Shown piece after piece: positions 13,245 through 24,614 of a stretch of 64,000 bases of DNA (positions are counted from its first letter, which is position 1; the number at the start of each line of letters is the position of its first letter). This DNA is from Pavona decussata (lineage: Eukaryota): contig CDRNST010000091.1 of assembly GCA_977016875.1 (NCBI GenBank), positions 2,046,001-2,110,000 of the forward strand. Direction: 5' to 3'. The notes under the pieces were generated by a model that was given only the letters and a program-made list of their open reading frames with translations, searched no databases and was not told the DNA's origin. Both the position numbers and the translations under genes were made by a program.

Positions 13245-16136
13245 GGCTAGCGAATCCAATAAACACCCCGACGAAAAGGAATGGGGCAGACAAAATAGAA
13301 CCGAGTAAAGTGGTCGTATTCCCTGACTCAGCGGTCCATGGCACCGATACCACTAACATGCAAATAAGGGAATTTCACCCGAAAGGTGGCAAAGGAAAAT
13401 GGCTGGCCGTTCACATTCCTGATCACATGCCGTATCCGCGAAAGAATTTAAAAATCATCGCTTCGAAGAACGCTGCAAAGGATTTACAAAGGGTTGTTGG
13501 ACCAAACAAAGCTTCGCTTGCGATGGAGATTCAATCAATCCTTGGAGTCGACGAAGATACGCTGCATCGAATGATCACTCAAGGAGAAAGCAATGATGGG
13601 ATGAATAAAGGAGAGGATAATGATGACGACGGCGAAGATGACGAAGGTGACAAGGATGAAGATGATAATGATAATGATGGCGACGACGCCATGGGAAATC
13701 CCCTGAATGATGGCGAAACATCGGAAAGCTGTGATGATTCCGAGAACAGTGAGGATACAAAGGGTAATAAAGGAAACTTTAGCGACAAACTTCGAAACGC
13801 GAAAATGTGCAAAGCGAAGAATAAATCAGGAAGAAAGATTTATGATGGATCTGGGATAGACAATCAGTTGAGAGAAGATGAAGACGAAGATGATGAAGAC
13901 GAACCCAAAGTTCACGTTGAACAACCAGAAGGATTTGAACTTCGATGGGAAGACATACTGAACAATTTCAAGAATTTTAACGCCAAACGAAGGAGGAAAA
14001 TTTGCAGACTGTTTGACCTACAAAACGACGTGTGTCGACGAGCGAGGAGACACAGAAAGCATAACTTTAAGAAAAAGCTAAAACACTACCTTCTTCGAAT
14101 GCTTGAAAAGTTCTTGAAGAAGAACAAGAATGACTTCGAAGACTATTTAAGTGGCAAGTAAGTATAAAAATATGATAGTGAGCCGAAAATAATCAAGCAA
14201 GCAGGTGAGCTAATCGATTACTTAGTCAATCACTCTTTTCTTTCATTTGGTTGGTTGATTGGTTGATTGGTTGGTTGATCGATCGGTTTGATAGTCGATC
14301 GGTCGGTCGGTCGGTCGGTGGGTTGTTTGATTGCAGATGATGGATCAGATAAATAACTCTGTAGTGTATGTTAAAGTGCAGTTAGTGAACCCGTGAAATT
14401 GCTACTAAGCGTTAGCCCTAGTAAGGACATGTGATACCACACGAGACAAAGAAAAATCCTTTGACCTCGGCGGGAATCGAACCCACGACCTCTGGATTTG
14501 AACGTCCGTTGTTCTACAGACTGAGCAACGAGGCCAGATGGGAGCAAGTCCTGGGTGATAATGGCGGTAATTGTTTGGCTGGTTGGTTGGTTGGTCGGTC
14601 GGTTATTTGTTGGATGGTCGATTGGTCGGTCGGTTGGTTGGTTGATTAGTTAATCAATGAGTGTTTTGATAATTAGGTAGTATACTTAAACCACAACTGA
14701 GTAAGGGAAAATTCGGCAAGGACAAATTTACAAGGAGTAAAACAATTTTATTCACGGCTGGTATACTTTGCCTCTTTTTTCATTTGAAGATTAAAAGATG
14801 CATTAGCTGGGAAACTAAAGCCATCCGAGGATGGGCTCCTGCACATTTATGACAAAAATTCAGGAAATACGAATATAGATGATTTCTTAAAGGACTTGAA
14901 CGTCGGTACACCACCACAGCTCGGTGGAGGAGGCAATGGGTCACCTCTGTCCCAGACCACTGGCAATTCTGATTCGCTCTCTATCGATAGCAATACAGTT
15001 AATGGTGGAGTGTTTCGTGTCACGCCGCAGATGAACTCAAACAAATTAACAGCAGAGGCGGATGAGAGTCCATCAGATGCTGTTTCAGCCCTTAATAATA
15101 TCATACACCCTCTGCTGAATGATCAAGATAACAAGTTGGATGAGAAGCTTCAGACAAAGATATTGCAAGAAGAGCTGGGTGAGACTTTTATGGTCGCTTT
15201 TTTGGGGTCATATTCAAACTAGTGCAGAACGAACGTGTTATTCGTAATACTAATAATCAAAAAATATACAACGAAAAACTTCTTTCAAAATTTTGAAAAG
15301 GATATGCGAGCAAGATTTCAGTGTCTTGTAATTTTGAAAATATAAAATTCAAAATATAACCCAAAGTGCTTAAGGACAAATTTGTTTCTAGGTTTGTTTG
15401 TTTGTTTGTTTGTTGGACGGTTTGGGTTCCGCATACGGGCAACGATCCAGAGACGATCGAAACTAAGAATGATTTTTCGATGCTTTTTCAACAGCAGCAG
15501 CATTTTTTATCGTTTATACGTGGAGCACAGATAGCAAGGTGAATTAAATCTAACATTTCCTATTATAAACTAAAACGAATTAAAACGTATACGTGATGAA
15601 GAGTCTTGCTGTTTTAATTTTTTTTTTCAGGCCATGTCAATTCCGAGCAGGAGGAACAAGAGCGGCAGAGGAAACAGGACTCTGCACTGAACGACCGCCT
15701 TATGTACATGTACCAGCTTCAAAACCTCGCCAGCCACAAACCGGAAGTGACTGCGCCCAACGGAGCGATTGGAGGGCAGCCAATTAGTGTCGTTAACCCG
15801 CACCAGGTCTCTCTGATGCAGATGGAACTTCCAGACAAGAACCCGGATATACCTTTGCTTCGTACCGGTTCTTCGAAACCTACGGAAGCACCGGAAAAAA
15901 CGCATTCGAGAACTAGAGTTGTGCCTTTAAGGAAAATTCCGTATAGACCAAGGTTGCTAGGAAGCTTTAGTCTACGGTATGTGAATGGACGTTGGAGGCC
16001 GACATTAAGAAGGTTTTGGAAACGAAGCTTTGTAAGCAGCAATAAACACAAGAAAAGGAAGATCAAACTCTTACGGAGGATTGGTAGAAAGAGATCGAGG
16101 AGGAAATTATTCATTTCAAACACTTCGAATCCCTAG
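13245..16136 (+). CDS. Gene 2: ~600-aa protein with Asp/Glu-rich and Arg/Lys-rich blocks; first exon not identified
   Basis: Exons 13245-14157 (phase-1 start; donor AA|GTAAGT), 14790-15178, 15631-16136 join ORFs 13214.., 14896.. and 15702.. in frame (…DYLSGK-LKDALAG…, …EELG-HVNSEQ…); stop TAG at 16134-16136. Confidence 0.75.
14247..14332. repeat. (TTGG)/(TCGG)n simple repeat, resuming at ~14574-14648 after a SINE
   Basis: Visible tetranucleotide repeats. Confidence 0.8.
14336..14572 (-). mobile_element. tRNA-derived SINE-like element
   Basis: Minus strand reads GCTCAGTCTGTAGAACAAC…GTCGTGGGTTCGATTCCCGCC (A/B boxes); tail matches 8690-8765. Confidence 0.65.
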
Positions 16137-16299
16137 GCTGCAGCGTACCCCACTGGGATCATGGGATATTAGCATGGGGTATTAGCAGTGATTTGGGTAG
16201 AAAATAAACACAGCGTTTAATCGTAGGCTGAATCGTGCTTACATAAAACAAAGTAAGAAATCGTCCCGAAAAAGTACGTGGTAGCGCTGCAACGGGTAA

Positions 16300-17017
16300 A
16301 TTGCCCATTTTACAATAACTACAGAAATTCTCGTGCACGCATTGGCTAATTTTCATCGTCAATAAGCGGACAGACAAATGAATTTATAATTTATGCGATG
16401 TTGGCTCAACGAAAGAGACGGGGAATTTGAAAGCGACCAAACGTCAATGTGTCACTTTTTAGCCAGTAGAAAGCCTCCCTTTTTTCCATTAACCAATAAC
16501 AGAGTGAGATAAGTTTTTGATTTTGGTCGCGTCAGATTTAATAAAATTTAAGTTTCTCGCATTTTTATCTCGCGTTTTGACTTCACTTTGTCCCTTCCGG
16601 CTTTTTGTTGTAGTAAAAAACAAATTGAGGTCAGTTTTTCATGGGTCTGTTTTGTTATTGATCATAAATTTCGTCATAACGTTGTCAAAGTAGTCGAATT
16701 TCCACGGCTACTTTGACAATGTTATGACGAAATTCATGATCAATAATGGGGCAGTAGCATGAAAAACTGACTTCAATTTGTTAATTTTACAGTTGCGTGC
16801 TTAGTGCCCTGGCCTTTAAATGAAAGCGAGGCTGGAGTTTGACTTTCTTTTAATACAAACCTCACTGCTTTTCATATGTAGATCATTCTGTTCTTATGCT
16901 AACAAGTTTGCCTTTAACTACAAAAAGAACTGACGTTTGTATCAATACAAAGTCAAGTGAGGCCTCGCTTCCACTCAAAGGCTAGGTTACTAAACACATA
17001 ACTGTAAAATAGGCAAT
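16300..17017. mobile_element. MITE interrupted by a ~465-bp element with a 3' fold-back (~16316-16781)
   Basis: TIRs ATTGCCCATTTTACA / TGTAAAATAGGCAAT; ATTTTACA repeated on both sides of the insert; insert ends in a ~165-bp hairpin (16617-16781). Confidence 0.7.
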
Positions 17018-17670
17018 TTGCCCGTGCGAATGGACTTTCTAATCTGGCCGGCAAATCGATACGTGTAAATTAGTTTTAACGTTTTTATTCCAACACGAAT
17101 CGAAATACAAAAACATTAGTATAGATGATGCAATGCGATGCAATAACGATGTGTACATAGTACCTTAGGATTTTCAGTAATCTTTGTTGTAGTTTCCGTT
17201 GTTAGATATTTCTTTTCTTTGTCTAGCAATAATAAGAACAACATATTTCAGATACAAAATAAAGGACTTTTACGAGAGACTTGTGTCACTTTGATGTTGA
17301 TCTGACTGCTGTACTAATTTTATTTCATTTCTTGAATCTGTTTTTCAAGGTATCTTTCTTCGTTTCAGGTCGTCTACCCCTTTTTCGATAAGATGCAACC
17401 TTATTTATTACTTGCTCGGTTTACGATACGCTACATTGATATTGTTAAAAGCCCCAGCCAAGGGAGAGGATATTAAAGGGAGGGGTTCACGGTTCTGCGC
17501 ATGTCCATGAATCACAATACTTTTTCGCCTTTGAAATTTCAGAGTGATGCTGCTCAAACTTGGCACCAAGGGTGTAAACACAATTAAAATCTGCAAGACC
17601 ACAGCGACAAACCGATCAGTGGTGCTGGATCTCTTGTAGACCTGGATCAGCAAATTATTTCAAATGCAAA

Positions 17671-17788
17671 ATATAGACGGTAGATTGATCCTAACGGCGG
17701 AGGTGGAGAACTTGATCGAAATAAACAAAAGAGGCTAGAATAACTCAAGGTCGCCACCTCCGCCGTTAGGATCAGTCTGCCGTCTATA
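17671..17788. repeat. Inverted repeat (hairpin), probably internal to a DNA transposon
   Basis: ATATAGACGGTAGATTGATCCTAACGGCGGAGGTGG / CCACCTCCGCCGTTAGGATCAGTCTGCCGTCTATAT. Confidence 0.75.
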
Positions 17789-17892
17789 TGTTACCATATA
17801 GGAGACACAAGATGACGACTACTGCGCTTTTGCCATGGTAACGTTTGCTTTCGGGTCTAATTCATGCTCGTTCGACGTTCTCATTTTTTGTC

Positions 17893-17933
<41 letters not shown>

Positions 17934-18291
17934 GGCATCGGGAGATACTCGGGTTTCCTATGGGTGGTGCCTACTAATACTGGGATATTTTTGCGCGGTT
18001 TAAACTATACAGAGAAAGCAGAAGTTAGCAAATGCTTTTGGAATCTCAAAAGAAAATTGGGGGTAACCATACATTTTTCAGAGATAATTAAACTTTAATT
18101 TAGGAAAAATCCCATACATTCCTTTATATTTTGGCGCTTTTTAGAGATATTATTGCTTAATTATCTCTAAAAATTGCGTGGTTACCCCTAATTTTCTTTT
18201 TGGATTCCAATAGGCCTTGCTAAGATCTGCTTTTCCCGCATAGTCATAAACCGCACAAAAATACTTCGGTATTAGTAGGCACCGTCCTTAA
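17893..18291. mobile_element. MITE with TTAA target site (Kolobok-like)
   Basis: TTAA-GGACGGTGCCTACTA…TAGTAGGCACCGTCC-TTAA. Confidence 0.85.
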
Positions 18292-19704
18292 TCAGGCATG
18301 GTTTACTCCCAATGAGCTGGTGAGGAGACGTATGGCAACATGAGCACTTCGTGCGTTTCAAATAGGACTGTCAGCCCCTCTTTATCTGGTCAAAAATGGA
18401 GATGTTTGGTTCATAGCAGAAAGGGACAGGAGACGAGAGATGCCATGGCAACATCAAAATGGATGTCATTTTGTGTCTTACCTGGTGCACATTATTGGTG
18501 CCAAGTTTGAATGGGATCACTCCAATGTTTTTGTTTTGTGATATATCTTCATTGGGGTGCGATTTGTGAAGTCATCAACTTTTGAACAAAAATTGGTAAT
18601 ATCTCTGGAAAAAGAGAAGATATCCAAAAAAGAAAAACATTATTCTTCTTCTCTTTGAAAAGCCTTTCAAATAGGTATACCTTATTTTTCATTTCATAAG
18701 CACTTTAAATGACTGCAAGCTTTCTGTTTCCATAATGTCCCCAGGTAGATTGTTCCATAAAAAGTTCATTACCCTGATAAAAAGGAACTTTTATACCAGT
18801 TTAGTCTCTCAGGTTTAATATAATATATGATAAGCTTTGCATGGTAGACTTCTCTGTGTCACACATGAATTGCTGCGCTCAACAATTCTTTTCTTAAGTA
18901 TGCTGAAACAGAATTATCAGGTGTGGATAAGTACTCAAATTTTATTTCATTCAGTGTAGTTGTTACACCATGTGCTGGAAAAATTTAGACTCAACCGCCT
19001 GTATAGCAGTCTACCTTGGAATGTGCGTGAGATAATCCACTTTAAACAATAATGGGGTTGCATAACACAAGAACTTTTGAGGACCATACGTTCCTGCATT
19101 AAGTTTGTATACGACAAGTTCGGAAATTGCTAGAAAAGTTTGATTTACGCATATTGCATGGTAGATTTTTCTCCGAATGTCGAGCAAAAGAAACTTCTTA
19201 CTTGTGACCAAGGAGGAGGCAAAAAGGTGGAGAAAAACTTGTGGACTGTCATAAAACAGCAGGTTTTAACTTCCAAAAGAAGAAGGTAAGGTCACTTTAC
19301 TTCACAGTTCACTCATTTCCAACAGATTACCTTATCGCCATGTTCGGTTCACGTCAACGAGGAATTTTTCATCTTTCACCAACTGTAAATTTTGGCTTTG
19401 TACATTTACACTGCAGGTACGTATTACAGGTTTCATTCCTGTTTAGCTCTTTTTAAGTTTCTGATTTTCTCTACACGAGAGGAAATCATTAGAACGTGCT
19501 CGCAAGAAGGATTTTCGCTTTCCAGATTTTAAATTAACGTCTTGCCTTTGCCAAAAAGGTCTTCACAATTGCTTGTTTTATTCTCTATATAATGTTTAGC
19601 TTTTGTTGATTAACTGGTAAGAGTGCACGCGTTAAAAACAGAAACATCTTGGAGAAGAGAAACGAGTAAAAAGAAAAACATCAAACATTTTGATAGCTTT
19701 CACC

Positions 19705-20100
19705 AGGGGCACCTAGAAGAACACTTAACTAAAATAGTTAAAAATGTCGTTTTCCGGTGTCCCGGGTCGTTTTGTGTTTTGTTTGTGTAAACTAATATAG
19801 TTTGATCTGGTTGTTCGGATTCTTTAGCTTTAAGTTGCAGAAAGTTTTACATGTAATCTTCTTTCCCGAATTTGCGAGGTGTTGGTTAGTTTTATGAAAA
19901 TAAAAGCTGACCTTATTTCGCATTTTTATCGAGATATTTGGCTTGAACATCCGAAAACGAAAGAATTAGTTTTTCAGTGTTATGAAATTTTGAGCTGACA
20001 TTTTGCCGAAGAAATGTTCTTTGAATCTAAATCCGAATTTCTGAGGCGATCAAGGCCTTCCGAACAGAACTTCACCGAAATGAACCATTGGGTGGCCCCC
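19705..20100. mobile_element. Non-autonomous DNA element; related copies at ~26815-27200 and ~33895-34324
   Basis: Ends CAGGGGCACC… / …TGGGTGGCCCC; the 33895 copy has CAGGGGCACCCAACG / CGCTGGGTGCCCCT and a shared interior. Confidence 0.65.
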
Positions 20101-20358
20101 GTTCCACATAAATGGTCAAACTTTTACGATTTCGTGAACAGATTCAAACATTTTGTCCAAACTGATTTTCAAAAACGACTTCAAGCTTACTTACTACACA
20201 ATGCGAAACGAAAGCCAAAAGTTTCCCCATTTCCCCATTAAGATTTCCCTTAATTTCATAAGGAACTTTTCGCTACCACCGAATTTATATATCTATATAT
20301 TTTAGCCTTTCGCTGGTAATCTAACCCTAAATTGCCTCAGCGAGGTCTGGCAAACCAT

Positions 20359-21042
20359 CATTACATGTTTTATGGAAAACTCTGTGCACCAGGCCTCGTT
20401 TTCAAAAAGAGGTTCATTGCATGCAATCGTAGATCTGCCATTGAACAAGACTAGTTGTATTAGTTGAAATATTGGCCCGATTTAAGGTGTTTCGTTGTGG
20501 TTATGTTATTGTATTAAATTGTTTCATTAACTAGCATTACATGTTTTATGCAAAACACCGTGAACCAGGCCTTGTTTTTAAAGGAGGCTCAGTGCAGTCG
20601 TAGATCTAGCACTGAACAAGACTAGCTGCATTAGTTGAAATATTGGCCCGATTTAAGTTGTTTCGCTGCTGTTATGTTATTGCATTAAATTGTTTCATTA
20701 ACTATCATTACAAGTTTTATGCAAAAGATTATGCACCAGGTCTCGTTTTGAAAAAGAGGCTTAGTGCAGTCGTAGATCTAGCACTGCACAAGACTAGCTG
20801 CATTAGTTGAAATATTGGCCCGATTTAAGTTGTTTCGCTGCTGTTATGTTATTGCATTAAATTGTTTCATTAACTATCATTACAAGTTTTATGCAAAAGA
20901 TTATGCACCAGGTCTCGTTTTGAAAAAGAGGCTTAGTGCAGTCGTAGATCTGTCACTGAACAAGACTTTTTGTATTAGTTAAAATATTGGCCCCATTTAA
21001 GTCGTTTCGCTGCTGTTATGTTATTGCATTAACTTGTTTCAT
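20359..21042. repeat. Tandem repeat, 4 units of ~172 bp
   Basis: Units start with CATTACA(T/A)GTTTTATG at 20359, 20535, 20706 and 20878. Confidence 0.92.
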
Positions 21043-21089
21043 TTCTTCAAGGTAACGTGGCATCTGTTTTGAGATTTCGCTCATACAAC

Positions 21090-22618
21090 ATGGCCTTCAG
21101 AATATTACCGATGCTGTTTCTGGCGATGTTCTTTTGTATTGGTGAGTATAACGTATAAAGACGCCAGCTTGTCAGCTTGTGAACATGCGCTTTATGGGGA
21201 ACAGGGCACAGCAAAACCTGGCGAGCGACGTAAGTGAAACGCGGACCGAGAGAGAGGGAGAATGAGGCGTTTGTCTTCCCATTCCGTGCAAGGCTCGCTC
21301 CGCTAGCTGATTTTTTCTTCCTGACCAATTCGCCACTACGGCGCCGACAGTGTAAAGTAAGGTACACTGAGTAATATGTTTAATGGAGTCAAAAACACGG
21401 GGAGTGCTTGTAAAATCTTCCAAGCCAGAGGTTAATGATAAAGTGCTTGACAATAATCCGGATCGAATATAATTGGAAATTTGGTTTTTGCCGAGGAGAA
21501 GTAAGGGAAAAACAGGAAAAACACATGTCTGAGCATGGACGAGAAATAAAAACAAACTAAACCCACATAAAACGCTAAGTCCGGGAATTGATCCAGGGCC
21601 ACATTGGTGCGAAGCGAGTGCTCTCACCATTGCGCCTTGTCTGTTCTCCAAGATGTGACAACCTAAAGCTTGCGCAATAGTATCAAAAAGTCACACTTCT
21701 AATCGATATCTTACCCATAACCTTCATCCAAAGCTTGCTAATATTGGTCAAATTGGGTGCACCGATTCCATCTCGCCTCTTTTTTAAGCGAATGTCTTGT
21801 TTTATCAACACAATTGCAATTTTGACTTTAAGAGTTTGTGAACGACAACTCACAATTAGCAGTAGAGACAATTTTAAATTGCAATATCAAAAGCCTAGGC
21901 TGACATTGATTTGTTTAAATCGGCTACGGAGCAAGTGCATGGTAGACGCTCATGTCAAATTTGTCATTCACTTCTAGCTACAGCGGAGCAAGAAAACCAC
22001 CGCAAGAACATCCAGATTCTGTTCCTTCCAGCAGACGTCATGAGAAACATGCGCAAAAACCATACTCAAAAAGAATTGCTCCCAGGCTTACCAGGCCAAG
22101 GTGCTAAGCCCTGGATCCCTGTCCGCCTCCCTGGCAACAAGACACGTTCATTTGAAATTCGCATCAATCCGCTCTTGGCTCGTAAGCTTCACCTCAGCTT
22201 ACAGAATTTCAGAATCGGTCACGGCTATGGCCTGCTTTTAGAGTTGAAAAACGTGTCCCTTTCATCAAAAGGACAAACCGTTTTGGACAAGCTGGTAGAG
22301 TTTTACAAAAACTGTGGCGGACAGGAAAGGTTTCCTCGTATGAACATGACGCAAAGGATACACAGACCAAGTCCCTCTCTGATGTTATCTGGAAACATTG
22401 CGCTGATGAAACGTATTCAAAACGCGCTTAAAGATTTTTCGCCAAAGCATCTTGAGGGCTCGAAGGACGTTTTGAAACATGAGAATTCGGGTGATGTTGC
22501 ACTCCACCTTATCCCGTTGACCGGCATGCGACAGAAAGTGAATAAACTAATAAAACGAACAATGGCGACCAGAGGCTGCGTTAAGATCAAGACTGAGATT
22601 TTGACTAATTCCGTATAG
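21090..22618 (+). CDS. Gene 3': truncated paralog of gene 3 (230 aa; signal peptide + N-terminal domain only); young gene or pseudogene
   Basis: Exon 21090-21141 (MAFRILPMLFLAMFFCI, G|GTGAGT) plus exon 21978-22618. 18 substitutions and no indel versus gene 3 up to CVKIKT, then it crosses the duplication junction and stops (EILTNSV*). Confidence 0.65.
21390..21649 (-). mobile_element. tRNA-derived SINE in intron 1 (paralogous copy ~28512-28779)
   Basis: Minus strand GGCGCA(A/G)TGGTGAGAGCACTC…GATCAATTCCCGG A/B-box head. Confidence 0.7.
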
Positions 22619-23180
22619 ACCAAGGTTGCTAGGAAGCTTAAGACTTCGGTATGTGCGGAATGGACGTGGGAGTCCGACAAGAAGGTTTTGGAAACGAAGC
22701 TTTATAAGCAGTAAGTTTATCTGAAAATTCACCTAACAATATCCGCCTTGCAGCAAAATTAAACTACACTCTGTTATTTATGAGATTCTACATTTATTCT
22801 TTGAAACTTCACAACAAAGCTCTTACTCTCTGGGACTTTGCCAACCAAACAGAAATTAAATACCAACTAGAAAAATTCCGAAATTTGTTAAACATCATTT
22901 AGAAGCTCTTATAATGATTAAGATGCTGTTAATTAACTTTAGCCAGTTATATAATCAGGCCGTTTATTGACCTTTATTGTACGTGTTGTAAGATGCAATT
23001 TGTTTGATTCCCTCTTTTCTAATACCTTGTTGTAATTATGCGCTTTCTGTAAGTTGTATCACTGTGATTGAATAAATAAAATGTGTTAAAAATAAAAAAG
23101 AAGACGAAGGTTTTGGAAACGAAGCTTTGTAAGCAGTAAGAAACGCAAGAAAAGGAAGGTCAAACTTCCAATCGCTAGGC
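22607..23180 (+). pseudogene. Decayed duplicate of the 3' end of gene 2's last exon
   Basis: Matches 15936-16140 with indels; interrupted by a LINE fragment; out of frame with gene 3'. Confidence 0.8.
22716..23105 (+). mobile_element. 5'-truncated non-LTR retrotransposon (L1/Tx1-like) 3' end
   Basis: Flanked by a 35-bp direct repeat (22681-22715 / 23106-23140, 1 mismatch); ORF2-like remnant NYTLLFMRFYIYSLKLHNK…IKYQLEK; AATAAA at 23071 and an A-rich tail. Confidence 0.7.
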
Positions 23181-23895
23181 CGCAGCGTACCCCGCTGGGA
23201 CATTAGCAGTTTCTTGGGTAGAAAATAAACTCAGCGTTTAATCGTAGGTTGAATCGTTCTTACATAAAACAAACTTAAGAAATCCCCCCTTTAAAAGTAT
23301 GTGGTAGCGCTGCAGATTTTTTTTTTTAATCCCCTTACCCCCCCCCCCCCCCCTCCCTCCGTGCGCGCTTCACCAACGGGAAAAGTAATCGTCCGTTGGA
23401 TTGTAACGTGTAAATTGCCCATTTTAAAGTAACTGCAGAAATTCTCGCGCGCGCATTGGCTAATTTTCCTTGTCAATGAGCGGACAGACACATGAATTTA
23501 TAACTTATGCGATGTTTACTCAACGAATGAGAACGGTGAATTTGAAAACAACCAAACGTCAATGTGCAATGTGTCACTTTTCAACCAATAGAAAGTCTTC
23601 CTTTTTTCCATCAACCAATACGAGAGATTTCATAAAATTTAAGTTTCTATATTTTTATCCCCTGTTTTGATTTCATTTTGTCCCTTCTTGCTTTTTGTTA
23701 TAGTAAAAAACCAAGTTGACCTCGGTTTTTCAAGCGTCTGTTATGTTATTGATCATTAATTTCGTCATAACATTGTCAAAGTAGTCTGCGAATTCCCACA
23801 GCTACTTTGACAATGTAATGACGAAATTCATGATCAATAACAGGACAGACGCATGAAAAACTGACGTCAATTTAGAATGGTAATTGAACAGAGTG

Positions 23896-24218
23896 GAGTG
23901 CAATTTGGTTTGAAATCATACGCGTGATTTCAAAATCCAACGAGCGCGCAGCGCGAGTTTGATTTGAAATCACAAGTATGATTTCAGACCAAAATTGCAC
24001 AACACAAAGTTCAATTACCACTTTATTACACCTATTTTGAAATCACAGAGTATCATTGTCAATATTAATATTCTATTTTTATTACTTCATTTTCATTTTG
24101 ATAGGCTAAAGAAAGGATGCGATTTAGAGCAAAAAAATGGTGCAATTTGGGAATAAATCGCACTGTTGAGAACCAATCAGATTGCAGGGATCACCAGTGA
24201 TTTCAAAATGGGTGTAAT
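23896..24218. mobile_element. Small non-autonomous element with an internal region complementary to both termini (DIRS-like architecture)
   Basis: Near-identical to 43590-43938; absent from the paralogous site near 16778. Confidence 0.75.
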
Positions 24219-24319
24219 AAGTTAATTAATTTTGCAGTTGCGTGCTTAGTGGCCTTTGAATGGAAGCGAGGCTGGAGTTGAGTTTGTTTTGATACAAACC
24301 TGACTGCTTTTCATATGTA

Positions 24320-24614
24320 GTTCTCAAACTCATTAATAATTCATCAAGAGAAAACAAAGAAAATCACTACCGTGACCGTGGTTTGGATATGTGATCCTAA
24401 TTACCATAAAATTTTGCCAACTTTAGCCTTGAATTTCTCCAAGAATTATGGATCATCTGAGAAGCCATATCAAACACTCGAAAGAGTGTTTAATCAGATA
24501 TCAAAACACATCGAAGTCGTTTAAAAAAACTCGGCTGCGCCTCGTTTTTTCAACCTACTTCTCAGTGTTTGGATATTTGATGAAACATTCTTCCTCGTGT
24601 TTGATATATTACAT
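24320..24614. mobile_element. Insertion with a 3' fold-back inside the MITE of duplication copy 2
   Basis: Absent at the paralogous site (CATATGTAG|ATCATTCTG, ~16881); hairpin 24467-24608. Confidence 0.7.

Larger units (their letters stand above)
15936..22609. repeat. Tandem segmental duplication, copy 1 (3' end of gene 2 + intergenic + 5' part of gene 3)
   Basis: AATTCCGTATAGACCAAGGTTGCTAGGAAGC at 15936 recurs at 22607; collinear similarity continues to AAGATCAAGACT at ~22594 versus ~29706. Confidence 0.92.

Noticed and set aside
14455-14540. tRNA gene (also ~10375-10405, ~21570-21640, ~28700-28775)
   Set aside because: A/B boxes present but no complete cloverleaf, and followed by shared repeat tails: SINE heads.
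20359-21042. Regularly spaced repeats as a CRISPR array
   Set aside because: Whole 172-bp units are repeated with no unique spacers; eukaryotic context, no cas genes.
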